From Mobula hypostoma (lineage: Eukaryota), in the NCBI RefSeq assembly GCF_963921235.1, contig NC_086097.1, positions 117,368,001 to 117,432,000 of the forward strand: a stretch of 64,000 bases of DNA, in the 5' to 3' direction. Below are positions 51,537 through 64,000 of the stretch, one piece after another. Position numbers and translations under genes: made by a program. Below the pieces are notes generated by a model that searched no databases, was not told the origin of the DNA, and saw only the letters and a program-made list of their open reading frames with translations. Within the stretch, counting starts at the first letter, position 1; each line of letters starts with the position of its first letter.

Positions 51537-51881
51537 TGAGACGCTCCAGGGCAGGTGGGGGCGTGGTCGACAGCCCGCCCCTGCATTTCTAATGATCTGT
51601 ACTGTTTACTGTTCTTGCGTTAGATGCTTTTGTGGTATCATGGTGGGAAGTTCCAGTTCATTTATTGTTACATTTTAGCTTAGATTATACAGTTATTCGC
51701 TTGTGTATTTGTGGGTCATCCTGACTGTAACCGGGTTGTGTGATGGTCACCCCGCTACCTGTGCGAGATAGGTTCTTTCTCAGGGTCATGGTACCTGGTC
51801 TGTTTTGTGCCTACCACAATAAAATAGTTGTTGAGTTAAAGAGTTTCCTCGTCTGTCATTGTGGACCAAATGCTCGTCACA
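51537..51881 (+). mobile_element. Solo LTR (345 bp)
   Basis: TGAGACG...CGTCACA termini, perfect 4-bp TSD ATAT, AATAAA ~51818. Confidence 0.8.
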
Positions 51882-51885
51882 ATAT

Positions 51886-52349
51886 TTTGTTCTGTTGATG
51901 TAGAGATACATGTCTAGATTGGCTGGAATAACCGTCAGATTTTTTCTCTGTGAGGTGGTTAACAAGAGGAAACCAATTGAAACAGCAGAGATGTGGGTTT
52001 TAAGGAGGATGCAAAGAATATCATGGACGTAACGAATATCTAACAAAGATGTCATGAGCAGAGCAAACACAAAAAGAGAAATAATGTATGAGATCATGAA
52101 AAGGCAACGTAACTTCATTGGACATGTGATTAGAAAAGAGAAGTTAAAATGCACGGTAATTATGGGAAAGATTGAATCGAAGAAAGCAAGAGGAAGACAA
52201 AGACAAATGATGATGGAGACAGCAGCCAGAGAACTGGAAATGAATACCAATGAATTAATCCACTTGACCCGAAACAGGAGTGTGTGGGCCATTGCAGTCA
52301 AAGCTCAAACTGGGCACGACACCTGATGATGATGATGATGATGATGATG
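51886..52349 (+). mobile_element. RTE-clade LINE 3' end with (TGA)n tail
   Basis: ORF 52054-52326 RQRNFIGHVIRKE..MGKIESKKARGRQR; (TGA)n at 52324-52349. Confidence 0.75.
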
Positions 52350-53174
52350 AGGTGGTTAATCTTTGAAAACCTTGTTCTATTGGAGGGAATGGTTAACAAA
52401 AGGAGAGAAGCCCACAGCATCAAATATTTGTCTGGACCAACTCCAAGAAATTGGGATAATCTTCCACTCAAAGTGGAAAGGTATATAAGACGTTGTTTAG
52501 TACACTGGCCTTCATTGGTCAGTGTATTAAGAGCAGGAGCTGGAAAGATCCAGTGCAGTTACAAAAGATGTTGGCAAGGCTGCACTTGGAGTACTGAGCG
52601 CAGATTTGGTCAATGTTATGGGAAAGATGTTAAACTACAAAGTGCAAGAACAGGTTTACCAGGATGCTGCCTGGTCTTGGAGGGGTCTGAGTTTCAAAGA
52701 AAAAAGCATCAACTTCCGCACACACATAAAGAAACAAATAATCACACAACAACAACATCAACACCACCCCCCCGCCCACCGCGCACAAAAACAAATTGCG
52801 CAAGAGGCAACAAGAAAGAACAAATGAAAACAAAACACAAAATTGAAGAGTCCAAATCAGTTCATCTCAGTGTTCCTCATGCGAAAGCCACCCTGATTCA
52901 ATGTCACTCAGAAACAGGAACAGGTAAAGGAGTGACCATAAGCCAAGAAACACATTATAAACGTGAACTGCAGAGTCCAATCCACAAATCACATCGATTA
53001 AACCTTCCTCCAGCACCATCCTCCGACAGCATCGATAGAGAGAGATCATTCGAATGCAGGGTGAGAGGAATGAAACAGACCATCTCATGCAGACACCGTC
53101 CTTTGGCAGCAGTGAGAGAGAGGCTGGTGGACGCTGTTGAACAAGGAGAGTTTATGAAGACTCAGACTTTATAA

Positions 53175-53783
53175 GGCATTCATGTTAGCATTCTTTTCAA
53201 GAGGTGTAGAACACAAGAGCAAGGATGTGATGCTGAGGCTTTATAAGGCACTGGTGATGCCTCACCATGAGTATTGTGAACAGTTTGGGCCCCTCATCAT
53301 AGAAAACATGTGCTGACATTGGAGAGGAGGTTCACAAGCATGGTTCCAGGAATGAAAGGGTTATCGTGTGAGGAACGTTTGATGGATGAGGATGGATCTC
53401 ATTGAAACCTTTCGAATGTTGAAAGGCCTCGAAAGAGTAGATGTGGAAAGGATGTTTCCCATGGTGGGTGAGTCTAGGAAAAAAAGGCACAGCCTCAGGA
53501 TAGAGGGGCACCCTTTCAAAACAGAGATGCGGAGAAATTTCCGGAGTCAATGGGTGGTGAATTTGTGGGATTTGTTGCCACGTGCAGCTGTGGAGGCCAG
53601 GTCTTTGGGTGTATTTAAGGCAGAGATTGATAGGTTCTTGATTGGACATGGCATCAAAGATTACAGGGAGAAGGCCAGGAACTGGGGATGAGGAGGAGAA
53701 ATAAAAGGGATCAGCCATGATTGAATGGCGGAGCAGACTTGATGGGCTGAATGGCCTAGATCTGCTCCTATGTCTTATGGTCT
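53175..53783 (+). mobile_element. CR1 LINE 3' fragment
   Basis: ORF 53386-53691 DLIETFRMLKG..EMRRNF.SQ.VVNLW; tcttatgg tail. Confidence 0.85.
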
Positions 53784-54118
53784 GTATTTTCTCGGATATA
53801 GGAGATTGAGTGCTGACCTGATAGAGCTATACAAGTCCGCAAGGGGCATAGGCAGAATGAATGCATAAGGTCTCTTTCTAAGGCAGTCTGGTGTTTAAGA
53901 CAAGAAGGCATAGCTTTAATTTCAGAAGTGAGAGATTTTGAAGGAACATTAGCAGCAGCTTCTTCAAGCTTATGGTGGTATATGTTTTAAATAAGCTACG
54001 AGAAATAGTGAATTAGGTGGGAAAATTAGGAACATCTAAAAGCCATCTAGATAAATTCATGTATTAGAGAGTTAGAGGACTCCAGGCCCAGTGTGAGCAG
54101 ATATGACTAGTTTGCCAT

Positions 54119-54511
54119 TGTCTTGCGGGGGCCTGCCTTATTCTGATTGTCGAAAGTCACTTCCATTGTGATTGGTTAGTTTAGACACTGCAACTGCTTT
54201 TCCCATTGGATAACTGCTTGGCGTCCAGTTTCAAATATCCTGGGTATATGAAATAGCACGTGGAAGGGGCTCGCTCTCTTCTTCTTTTGCTAGAGGCAAG
54301 GATGCACATAATGATTGGGAAGCTATTCTCTACAGGCACTTTTAACTAAGTTGAATGTATGTTTGTTGAATGTTCAGCTTTATAGTGTCTGTAACTTGGG
54401 GCACATGCATGTTTGGTTGAATTTTTACTGTTTGTAAATAAATGATTAATAGACCTATTCACAGGGAGCGCTTTCTGTATCACTTGCTGGATCCACAAAC
54501 CTGAGTGAACA
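54119..54511 (+). mobile_element. Probable solo LTR
   Basis: TG...CA ends, ATTGG boxes, TATA-like motif, AATAAA ~54438; interrupts a CR1 tail; TSD imperfect. Confidence 0.5.
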
Positions 54512-56159
54512 TTATATCTGTGCAATACAGTTGTTATGGAGCAGTTTGTCCAAAGTGCCTGTGTCTATGTTATATGACTACTGCATATAGTTCTCTGACA
54601 CTGCCTATAAAAGTAAGATACAGTCCTGCAATTTATATAGTAACAGGGAAAGAGTCCTCTCAGCTTCATTACCCCCAACTACTTTATGAATCTTGATATG
54701 AAGGTCATAATCCTAATCAGCCTAGCAGCAGAGTCCTGTAGTGGCTAGTTTAACACTATTACAGTGCTGACTGTAAGATTGGGCTAGGGTTAGTCATTTG
54801 TGACCGGAATCATGGTGAGACTTGCGGGCTGTCCTCAGGACATCTCAGAATGTGTGTGGATTGTCGATGCTAACAATACATTTCACTGTCTGTTTTGATA
54901 GGCATATGACAAATAAATGTTATCTTTATCATATTTATCTCATTTCTGGCTATGCACCGAATGAGCTTTATTAAAGATAAGATCCAGTGGGTAATATGAG
55001 AAGGTCAACAAACAAATTATACTTTAGATTATAATTAGTTTGTTTGGCTAATTGCATGATCACATTTTTGAAGGTGGAGATGTGAAAAGCCTGCATCGAT
55101 GCTGAATAGATGGAATGGAGTGCACATGGACCTGCAGGAATATATCTCTCAATGCCCGTGTAGGAGGTGTAGAGATCAGCACATTCGTCAGCAGTGCTCA
55201 TTCTTAGAGAAGAGGATAGCAGAATTATCGAACAAAACTGCAATATTTAAAGATTATCTATGAAGGAAAAGATTGTCCTGGGATTTGGATTTAAATAGTG
55301 GTAGCTCAGCACAAATCTGTCATCGCTCCCAGGTTTGGAATTCCTAAGCATGACAATATGGAGAGGACTTCACATGCAGACAGGTCTCCACCAACTTGTT
55401 CCTACCTGTGATGCGACAGGAAGGTGCATTCTAGGTTATGGTGCCTACCTTCCACTCAGAACCTGCACCAGGTTAGACCTATTGCAGGAACAACCCTCCA
55501 CTCATTTAAATAGAGAAGGATGGTGACAAGGAAACAAGGATTATAAAACATTCATGAGATGTATGTTACGTTCGGCTTGAACCTCATGGCATGCATGTTG
55601 AATTCTCAAATGCCTGGTAACCTGACCCCTTCTATCCCCTTTCCACTTCTGTTCTTTTCCCTCTTTCCTCTTAATCCACTTGGCCACCATCACCCAATCT
55701 CTTTCTCCTCCCCCACTCTCTCCATCTATCACTCACACACTCTTCCCACCCGTTCCCCTTCCCACCTTCCGCCTTTATTCCAATTTCCATCTTTCTCTCC
55801 CATCGGATTCCTTCATCGTCAGTACTTTTCTTACTTCACCTTATCACTTCCAGCTTCGGATATCATTCCCATTCTCCACCCTCTCTCGTCTGCCTATCAC
55901 TCTCCCTCACCAGGATACACTCATCGCCTGCCTGATCTTTTTTCCATCCCTTCCCTCCAACTGCCCACCGCATCAGGAGGTTGTGTTGGTTGATAGCACG
56001 AATGTCACATTTCACTGTATGTTTCAATGTGCATGTAATATGTAAATGAATAAATCTAGTTTTGTGCTGCTCCACATTCCTGCATCTGCAGTCCCTTGAG
56101 TCTCTATTATAAGGTATCTCATTTAATTAATTGAGTTTAAACATTGTAATTATAGGAAT

Positions 56160-56722
56160 CATAAAAACCACAGAAAAACTACAGCACAGAAACAGGCCTT
56201 TTGGCCCTTCTTGGCTGTGCCGAACCATTTTCTGCCTAGTCCCACTGACCTACACATGGACCATATCCCTCCATACATCTCTCATCCATGTAACTGTCCG
56301 AGTTTTTCTCAAATGTTAAAAATGAGCCTGCATTTACCACTTCATCTGGTAGCTCATTCCACACTCCCACCACTCTCTGTGTGAAGAAGCCCCCCTTCCC
56401 AATGTTCCCTTTAAACTTTTCCCCCCTCACCCTTAATCAAGTCTTCCGGTCTTTTTCTCCCCTTGCCTCAGTGGAAAAAGCCTGCTTGCATTCACTCTAT
56501 CTATACCCATCATAATTTTATATACCTCTATCAAATCTCCCCTCATTCTTCTACGCTCCAGGGAATAAAGTTCTAATCTATTCAACCTTTCTCTGTAACT
56601 GAGTTTCTCAAGTCCCTGCAACATCCTTGTAAACCTTCTCTGCACTCTTTCAACCTTATTAATATCCTTCCCGTAATTTGACGAGAAAAATGAACACAAT
56701 ACTCCAGATTCGGCCTCACCAA
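56160..56722 (-). mobile_element. CR1 LINE 3' fragment
   Basis: KVERVQRRFTRML..RGDLIEVYKIM and FFTQRVVGVWNELP. Confidence 0.85.
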
Positions 56723-58344
56723 TCTTTTTAATGTTTTTAAGTTTAATTAAGTTTTGTGTAGTTTTTAAGTCCTGCTGTCTCACTAACTATTTATGGCTAT
56801 GTGTCTACCAATGATCATGAGGACTTAATTCCATGGCTATTCCGTGAGGCTTGTTGCATCCTTAGGTCACCTGCACCTTCTTCTTGTGTTTCAAAGGCCT
56901 GACCAGGGATATCTCAAAATAATTAAGACTGGTTCATTACTTAAAATAAATATTGCTCACAAAATAAAAATATTATTTATTTATTAATTAAGTAGTGTTA
57001 ATTGAAAACATAAATATTTAGACAAGCTTCTAAAAAACGTCTTTCTTTAACTTCCTCAGTGATTCTCTAGCAGGCATGGATTTGGAACCTTACAAGCAAT
57101 TAGAGCAGGAGGAGCGGTTATAATTAACAGCTGACTTTTTAAAAACATGTAGATAAGGGCATGTGTGACTAGCTCACTGCTGACAGGAAATTATGGAACA
57201 GTATATAAAGGTTAGAGGACTACATGACTCATGTTTGATCTCAGCCTGATCTCCAGAAGGAAATACGTTTCACTGGTGGTAATTTTTTTGTCACATAATT
57301 GTACATGGAAATCTCAGACTGGAGAAAAGGGAACATAATACTGCAGAGATAGTTTTTGGGCAAGACCTCTCTTCTAAGACAGAGGGACTTGCACTACTGC
57401 ATCACTTTTCACATCCTTTACAGGTATCCCAAACCACTTGATATCATATTAATACTCCACAAGAAGAATATGAAATATTGTAAATAAGGCTTAGGTGGTG
57501 GTTAGTATTAATTAAGGCACCAGATGCCATCTAGAATCATTGACCATTTACACGTGAAGTGCCCAGAATGTCTTAAGCAATCAAAGACATCCAAGAAAAA
57601 CTCAGCAATCAATCTTTCAAAGTTGACAAATATGTACATATTAGCCAAACAGATACTAGAACTTGATGGTATAAAGCAGATAATCTTAATTAAGTATAGT
57701 GAACATTCACATTATGGTGGTTTGAGTAACAGAAATTTTCTCTTACAGAATTCACAAAACATTACCATAAAGTTTGAGCAAGGAATAAATCTTTGCTTTA
57801 TTTATAAGAGGGTAAATAACTAAATAAACGCAAAACTCAAAAGACACAATGATTTTTGTCAATGTTGCTAATGGTTCGTGTTACAGAAAAGTGCAATTAT
57901 GGATTGTTTTCTAGGAATGCAAGCCCTCCATAATGCAGGGATGTAATGTGTTTAAATCTATAAGAGAAGCAACACAGTGGTAAAACAGGAAATCTAATCT
58001 TGCTGAGAAGAGTGCAAGCAACTCCTATATTGAGTCAAATTGTGCCACTTATAAGATAATGCATTAAAACATAAACAGATGTACTTAGAATAATAGAAAC
58101 AGGCCTTCAATTCATTTTGTCCATGACAATTAGATGGCCGCCCAAGCAAGTCCCATTTGCCTGTGTCCGGCCAATATCCTTTTAATCCATTCCTGTCCAT
58201 ATGCTTCTCCAAATATCCTTTTTTGCGTCATCTGCTACTTCTAAAATCATTTAGATTTTCATTAAAATTAGCATATTCAGTTATCAATATTTTTTACTGC
58301 AGGTAAGTGTTGGTATTTTAACTGTTTTTCAAGTTCCTTGCTCA

Positions 58345-58670
58345 GCTCAGAGTGCTTTACAGCTAGTGAAATATTGTTAAAGCATGTTCATCGTTATGCT
58401 GTAGGAAATGCAACAGGCAATTTCTACACAGTGACTTCCTCCATAAAGCAATAATGCCCCAGTGATATCTGCTTTTTATTTCTGTTCAAAGAGGTATAAA
58501 CGATCGATCAAAACAAGACAATTTTTGTACACGTAGTTTTATGTCGTGTTTAAAATTTGGCACCTTCAACAGTGTAATCTTTCTTAGCTTAGAGTTTATT
58601 AAGTCTCCTGAGTGTGATTTGAAAGTGCAATATTTTTATTCGTGAGCAGAAGCACTATTTAACTAAGCCA
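58345..58670 (-). mobile_element. Old Deu-domain SINE (SacSINE1-like)
   Basis: gctttacagctagtgaa...tgtaggaaatgcaacaggcaattt resembles the reverse-complement Deu domain (recalled consensus); similar plus-strand relic ~11520-11720. Confidence 0.5.
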
Positions 58671-61600
58671 AGTCTGATAATTATTCTTTTATTGTCTTGG
58701 TAATGATATAGTATGAAAATTATTAACCAAACCTTTGTGGTTCCAGCAACACAAACTTACAACTGAGGAAAGATTGGGTTGACATATTTTGTCATATCTT
58801 TGCATAAGTATCCTTGGTAAATCCAGTTAAATTGTGAAATCTCTCCTTTATCATGCAGATAAACATAAGTGTGACTGGTTTACTGCTGACAGAAAATTCT
58901 GGGACGATATTAAGGGGTCAAAGTCTACATGGCTCATGTTGATCCCAGCCCGAGATTGAGAAAAAAATAAGTCTTACTGGTGGTAGCTTCTTTGTAATAT
59001 ATCTCTATATGTAATCACAAACTGAAAGAAAGGGACTGTAATGTTTTGTTCTTCATTGTTATTGATCAAGACCTCTGTAAGCTGCATGGACTTGCAAATA
59101 TCAAAACATCTATTAAGCTCTGAAATAAATGTCCAGCTGAAAATGTGGACATCCATGGAACTTGAAGCAACTGCTCTATGCTGGCTTTATGCTCCAGTTC
59201 AAAGAAAATTTATTATCAACGTACACTTATGTCACCATATACAACCCTGAGATTCATTTGCTTTGCTTGCAGGGTTTCACAAGAAAACATAAAATACAAT
59301 AGAATCAATGAAAAATACTCACAAAGACTGACAAACAACTAATGTGCAAAAGAATTCAAAGTGAAAATAATAAATAAATGGGTAGGCAGGCAGGCCACTA
59401 GTTAAGTAGGTGATAGATAACCAGCTAGGTAGACAAGTAGATAGACAAATACTGTATCTATTTTCCCTGTAAAACTATCTATGCTGCTTACTTTAACTAA
59501 CATTCCTTCCAGTGGATCAAGAAATTATTACTGTAGGCTTTTACTCTGATAGTTTAAATTCATAGTCCTCAATTGGTCTCTACACATAGCTGGAAACACC
59601 TTTCATAAATGCAGTAACAACCTTCAGTTATCTTTTTTCCCCTGGGAGAAAAAAGACCCTCACTGTGTTTTGATTTCTCCAGTGAATATATCCTTTCATT
59701 TCTGGCATATGTTCTTCAAGCCATATTTACATTTGCTCCAAATCTTCCTTTAATTTTGGTGATATAGAGGCCATAACAGTAGTATTCCAAAAAGTATAAC
59801 TAGTTCAGCAGCAGAAGCAAGTAACATTTTTAAGGGGAAACACTCCAGATGCATTTCAAAGTGTGAATTTTTCCCCACAAAGAACTATTAATATTTGAAC
59901 TACTCACATAGATTTAGTCAGGGCCCTATAAAATCACAGCTTGTATTTTAATAGTACAGACTTCATTCAATCTGACTCTTAAGTATTTGGATCTCTGACT
60001 GTTCTCTTTATTCACAAAGTTCACATAAAAATGAAACAGCAGTTTTCATGGACGGTTCCATCTCAGAAATATCTTCTCCTGGTCTCCTCTCCGGTCTTAT
60101 TCTGTTAGTGAACAGGAGCAACTTGAAACAGGATTAATGACTGTTTTGTGGAACCAGCCTCAGTCTGAGAATTGTCTAAGTTGCCAAACTCTGACAGCAA
60201 CTTAAATCAGAAGGGCATCACAGTCAAGAACCTTTACTCCATAGCACCATGTCTTATGTGCTACATAACTGAACAGTTCCAGCCATCTGACTGAGTACTT
60301 CATGTGCCATCTGTCTGTTCTTCAAATTTTCTCTTGGTCCTCCCAGTGCACAACATGGTGAAGCCACAGAGGCTGTCTGGCATGGACAGCAGCATCAAAT
60401 AGGAGGAATGAATACTTGGAAAAATGCGAAATTTTTCTGCACAGATGGGACTACTGAGTACTGCCAACCTGCACTCCAAAGTTGGCCTTTAAAGGAAGAT
60501 GCCCCATCTTTTCCTTCTTTGCTGCCAAGCCGTTTGAGACATGCATCATCTTTCTGGTGATCAATTCTTTATGTAGCTTTCATCATGCTTGCCCCCACCT
60601 GAGCTCATGAAGTACTTAGGAACTTCAGCTTTAAGTATGGTTCAACTGCTCCTTAACTTCACCCTAGTTGTGAGCTTGGCTACACTCTAATCATCTGTCC
60701 AACCATTCCCCTCATTATACTCATCAACTTCATCAAGTCAGAGAGTAGAGCACAGAAACAGGCCTTTCAGCCCATCTAATCTGTGCTGAACCACTCATAA
60801 CCAACTGAAGCTAAATCCACCAAATTTTCCAAGCTGCCATGCATCCAGATGCAGCTTCCTTCCCTATTCCATCCAATCACCAGAACTTGACACCATTTCC
60901 ATCCAATACACCACTCCTATTTTTGACCAAACATCTAAGTTGAAACTTCTAATCTCACCTTTAATTATTCCTCCAGGCCCTCACTGACAAACCATGCCAA
61001 AAGCAATTTGGCCTTCCCTATTGGTCAGTTACTAACTCTCTCTCGAAACCATCCTCTCAACATTTTATGGCCCAGCTGAACCCATATGATAGCTCTGCAA
61101 TATGAAACTCGTGAAGGAAGGGTCATGGTCCAGTTTGTGAAAAATTCCTTCAATCTTATGTGAAAGTGGAGTGCATCCTCTATTCAGAGCCAATCAATTG
61201 TGGTCAAGTCAACCCTAAGACGATCAGCGGCATAAGATTCGAATTTCAAGATTTTGATTTTTCTATCACAAGTACATCAAACGAGCCACCTACATTAACA
61301 ACCAACAGAACCTGACAATGCGATGGGGGTAGCCCACATGTGTCACGTACATTTCAGCACCAACAGGACATGCCTATAATGTTCAGCAGAACAACATAGA
61401 ATACGACAAAATAGACTTCCTCAGTGAGCTTGCAGAAATTCACAGACTGCAGCTATCAGGCCTCGACCTTCGTCAACAACCACAGAACACTGGGCCTTCA
61501 GCTCCAGATTTGCCAAAGATGAGATCCCAAATATTAACCTCAAACTCTGGTCTCACCGATCTGCATACCCAGGGAGTGGTCGAGCCTCGTTCTTCCTGCC

Positions 61601-62929
61601 CACAATGAACCTCGACTCTGGAGCCCGCTGAACATCTGTTGACCCTGGGGGGAAACAGCCCCCATCCACACTGTTCTGCTGACCTGACATCCGAGATCCG
61701 ACAGCAGGTGTCCCATGACCTTGTCACCGGCCTTCAAACACAGACTAAGGCAGAGAAGATGGGAACTGTAAAGGGATGAGGAGGATTAGGTTTCTTTATT
61801 TTTATTCATCGTGACATGTAGGCATTCACAGGCCAGTATTTATGAATTATTCTCAGCTGCTTTTGAGAAGGAGCTACCTCTCTGAGCTGCCACTGTTCTT
61901 GCAATAAGGATGCTGGTTCAGTGCCACCAGAAGGGGGGTGCCAACATTCAGATGCAGTGTTAGTGGAGGAGTGCAATGTGCTTCCAAGTCTCTGCAGTTG
62001 GAGTTGCTCATGGTTGGTTGTATTGCCATGATGTGGCTGCCCGTTCCTTCAGACGATTGAAATAACACCTCTGAGAAGAGACAGAATAACCATGAGTGGT
62101 ACCATTCGTTTTGGAGATGGTGCATATATCCAAGTTTGCATGATTCACAAACTGTTTCTGGATTGATTTTCTGGGTCAGAGCCGGCCTGCTGCTCCTTCT
62201 GACAAGTTGTCACGTTCTTCAGCCCCACTCCCACTCTTCCTAATTCATAGCAAATTGAATATCTGATGCAACAGACATTAATTGACACATTTTTAGATTT
62301 TTTTTAGATTATGAAGACACGTAGTCCTCTTTTATTGTCATTTAGTAATGCATGCATTAAGAAAAGATACAATATTTCCTCCGGTGTGATATCACTAAAC
62401 ACAGGACAGACCAAGACTGAGAAAACTGACAAAACCACATTATAACATATAGTTACAACAGTTCAACAATACCATAACTTGATGAAGAAGTCCATGAGTA
62501 CAGTAAAAGTTCAAAGTCTCTCAAATGTCCCTCATCAGACGGGAGAAGGAAGAAAAACTCTCCCTGCCATGCCAACCACAGTCCGACTCTGAGTCATCCA
62601 AAAACTTCGAGCTCTGATCAGCTCTCTGACACCGAGTACTGAGTGCCATCTCTGTCCAAATGATTCGACTTCAATCTCGGTCGCCAACAGCAGGTAAAGC
62701 CAGGGATTTTGGGGTCTACCCTCCGAAAGATTCCCGACCATGCAATAACAACAGCAGCGAATGAGCGTTTCAGAAATTTCCCCAGATGTTCCTCTGTGCT
62801 TTCACGTCCATTCTCCATCAAATCAGAATTGTCCACAGCCCCTTTTTAACAGATACGATATCATGTTTTACCAGAGGGCTGCGCACAAGCAGGTGCGCTG
62901 CTCTCTCTCCTCCCATTGATATTTTGGTT

Positions 62930-63160
62930 GGCATGGTAGTGCAGCAGTTAGTGCAACTGCTTTAAAGCGCCAGCAACATAAGGAGCTTGTACATTCTCCC
63001 TGTAACCATGTGAGTTTTCTTTGGGTGCTCTGCTTTCTGCCACATTCCATAGACATACGGGTTAGTAGGTTAATTGATCACTGGGGTTTAATTGGGTGGT
63101 CTGGGCTCTCTGAGCCCAAAGGTCCTGTTACCATGCTGTGTCACTAAAATTAAAATTAAA
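62930..63160 (+). mobile_element. HE1/V-type SINE
   Basis: tRNA-like head, degenerate V-core and CR1-like tail. Confidence 0.7.
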
Positions 63161-63659
63161 ATAATATTTATGTCCATCAGAGTTTTTGAACTCCAGAAGC
63201 TACTTGAAAGAAAACACAGGAGCCGGGCATGTTTCATCCACTTAGTTTTTCTTTAATGAGGAACCCACACATGACACAGTGACATAATGATGTATGCCAT
63301 TCACATACTTTTACATATAGTCCATTCTGATGTCCGGGTCCAATGGCATGGACAAATGTTACTAAACTGGAGTCTTCACTGGTTGCAGTTGAATGTTCTT
63401 GACTCCTCTGTGCCTTGTCATGCCCTTTGCTCTGCATGAAGTGTTGCAGTACTGCCTTCCTACCTGTTGGACCTCACTGTAGATCTCATTCACCCAGTCC
63501 GCCAGAGCTGACTTTGCATGCTAGGGTGCATGTCCCCATCTCACCTGAGTATGAAGCTGCTGGCTACCTTCACCTGGTTTAGCCCACCTGTTGAAGCAGT
63601 GTACCGGGGCGTGGTCACTCTCACATGTAAACAGTTACTAGGAACTAAAGGTGAGATTC

Positions 63660-64000
63660 AAAATGGACATTAGTAGTTGACAATCTGTAATGACGGTAAA
63701 CCCTGGCCCATACAGGCACTGGGTGAAATGTTTTACACCCCAAACCAGGCTCAAAGCCTCACTGGCAATTGTACATAATTTTTCTCTGCAGCAGTAAGAG
63801 AATGTGATGTAAAGACTTTGGCAAGTTCACTTCCGTCGCTCATAATATGCGAAATGACTCCACCTATACCATAAGGCGACATGTCACAGGTAAGCTGCTA
63901 TGGATGATGTGGATCAGAACGTGTGAGCACAGTGTCTGATATCACCATTTCCTTTGGCTTTTTAAAGTCACCTCACACTGTTTTATAAATTGCCATTTCT
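63660..64000 (-). mobile_element. Gypsy pol RNase H fragment (runs off the window)
   Basis: Minus-strand LTCDMSPYGIGGVISHIMSDGSE...SLTAAEKNY. Confidence 0.75.

Noticed and set aside
52284..53174. Longest ORF (296 aa)
   Set aside because: Chance read-through across an RTE tail, a (TGA)n microsatellite (poly-Met), off-frame CR1 and an antisense LINE tail; no coherent domain.
55110..55530. Small Cys-rich ORF MDLQEYISQCPCRRCRDQ..LEKRIAEL
   Set aside because: Resembles a decayed CR1 ORF1 zinc-finger/leucine-zipper start; too weak to call as a gene or a feature.
661..63281. CACAGTG heptamers as V(D)J recombination signals
   Set aside because: None of those inspected has an ACAAAAACC-like nonamer at 12/23 spacing, and no V/J segments are seen.

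Overview
Eukaryotic, transposon-dense DNA, not prokaryotic. The repeat families (CR1/HER1-type LINEs with (TCTTATGG)n tails, HE1/V-type SINEs, a Deu-domain SINE, Penelope-like elements) point to a cartilaginous fish, probably a ray or skate (inference). No host protein-coding gene is recognisable, so the window looks intronic or intergenic. The longer ORFs are TE remnants or spurious. Main contents: a full-length inactive IR-DR Tc1 transposon (8697-10299); a decayed two-LTR Gypsy element (38136-44564) nested in a CR1 LINE and carrying four later insertions; young CR1 copies; Rex/Babar-like, RTE and L1-like LINE pieces; several solo LTRs; tiny MITEs; two SINE-derived minisatellites; and many Penelope pseudo-LTRs with degenerate minimal hammerhead-ribozyme motifs, often as inverted pairs. 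Unexplained non-TE signals: a diverged ~150-bp duplicated element (57146/58852), a possible recursive splice site (58301-58308), and a few orphan exon-like segments. I found no convincing new biological system. Family names come from recalled motifs, not database searches.
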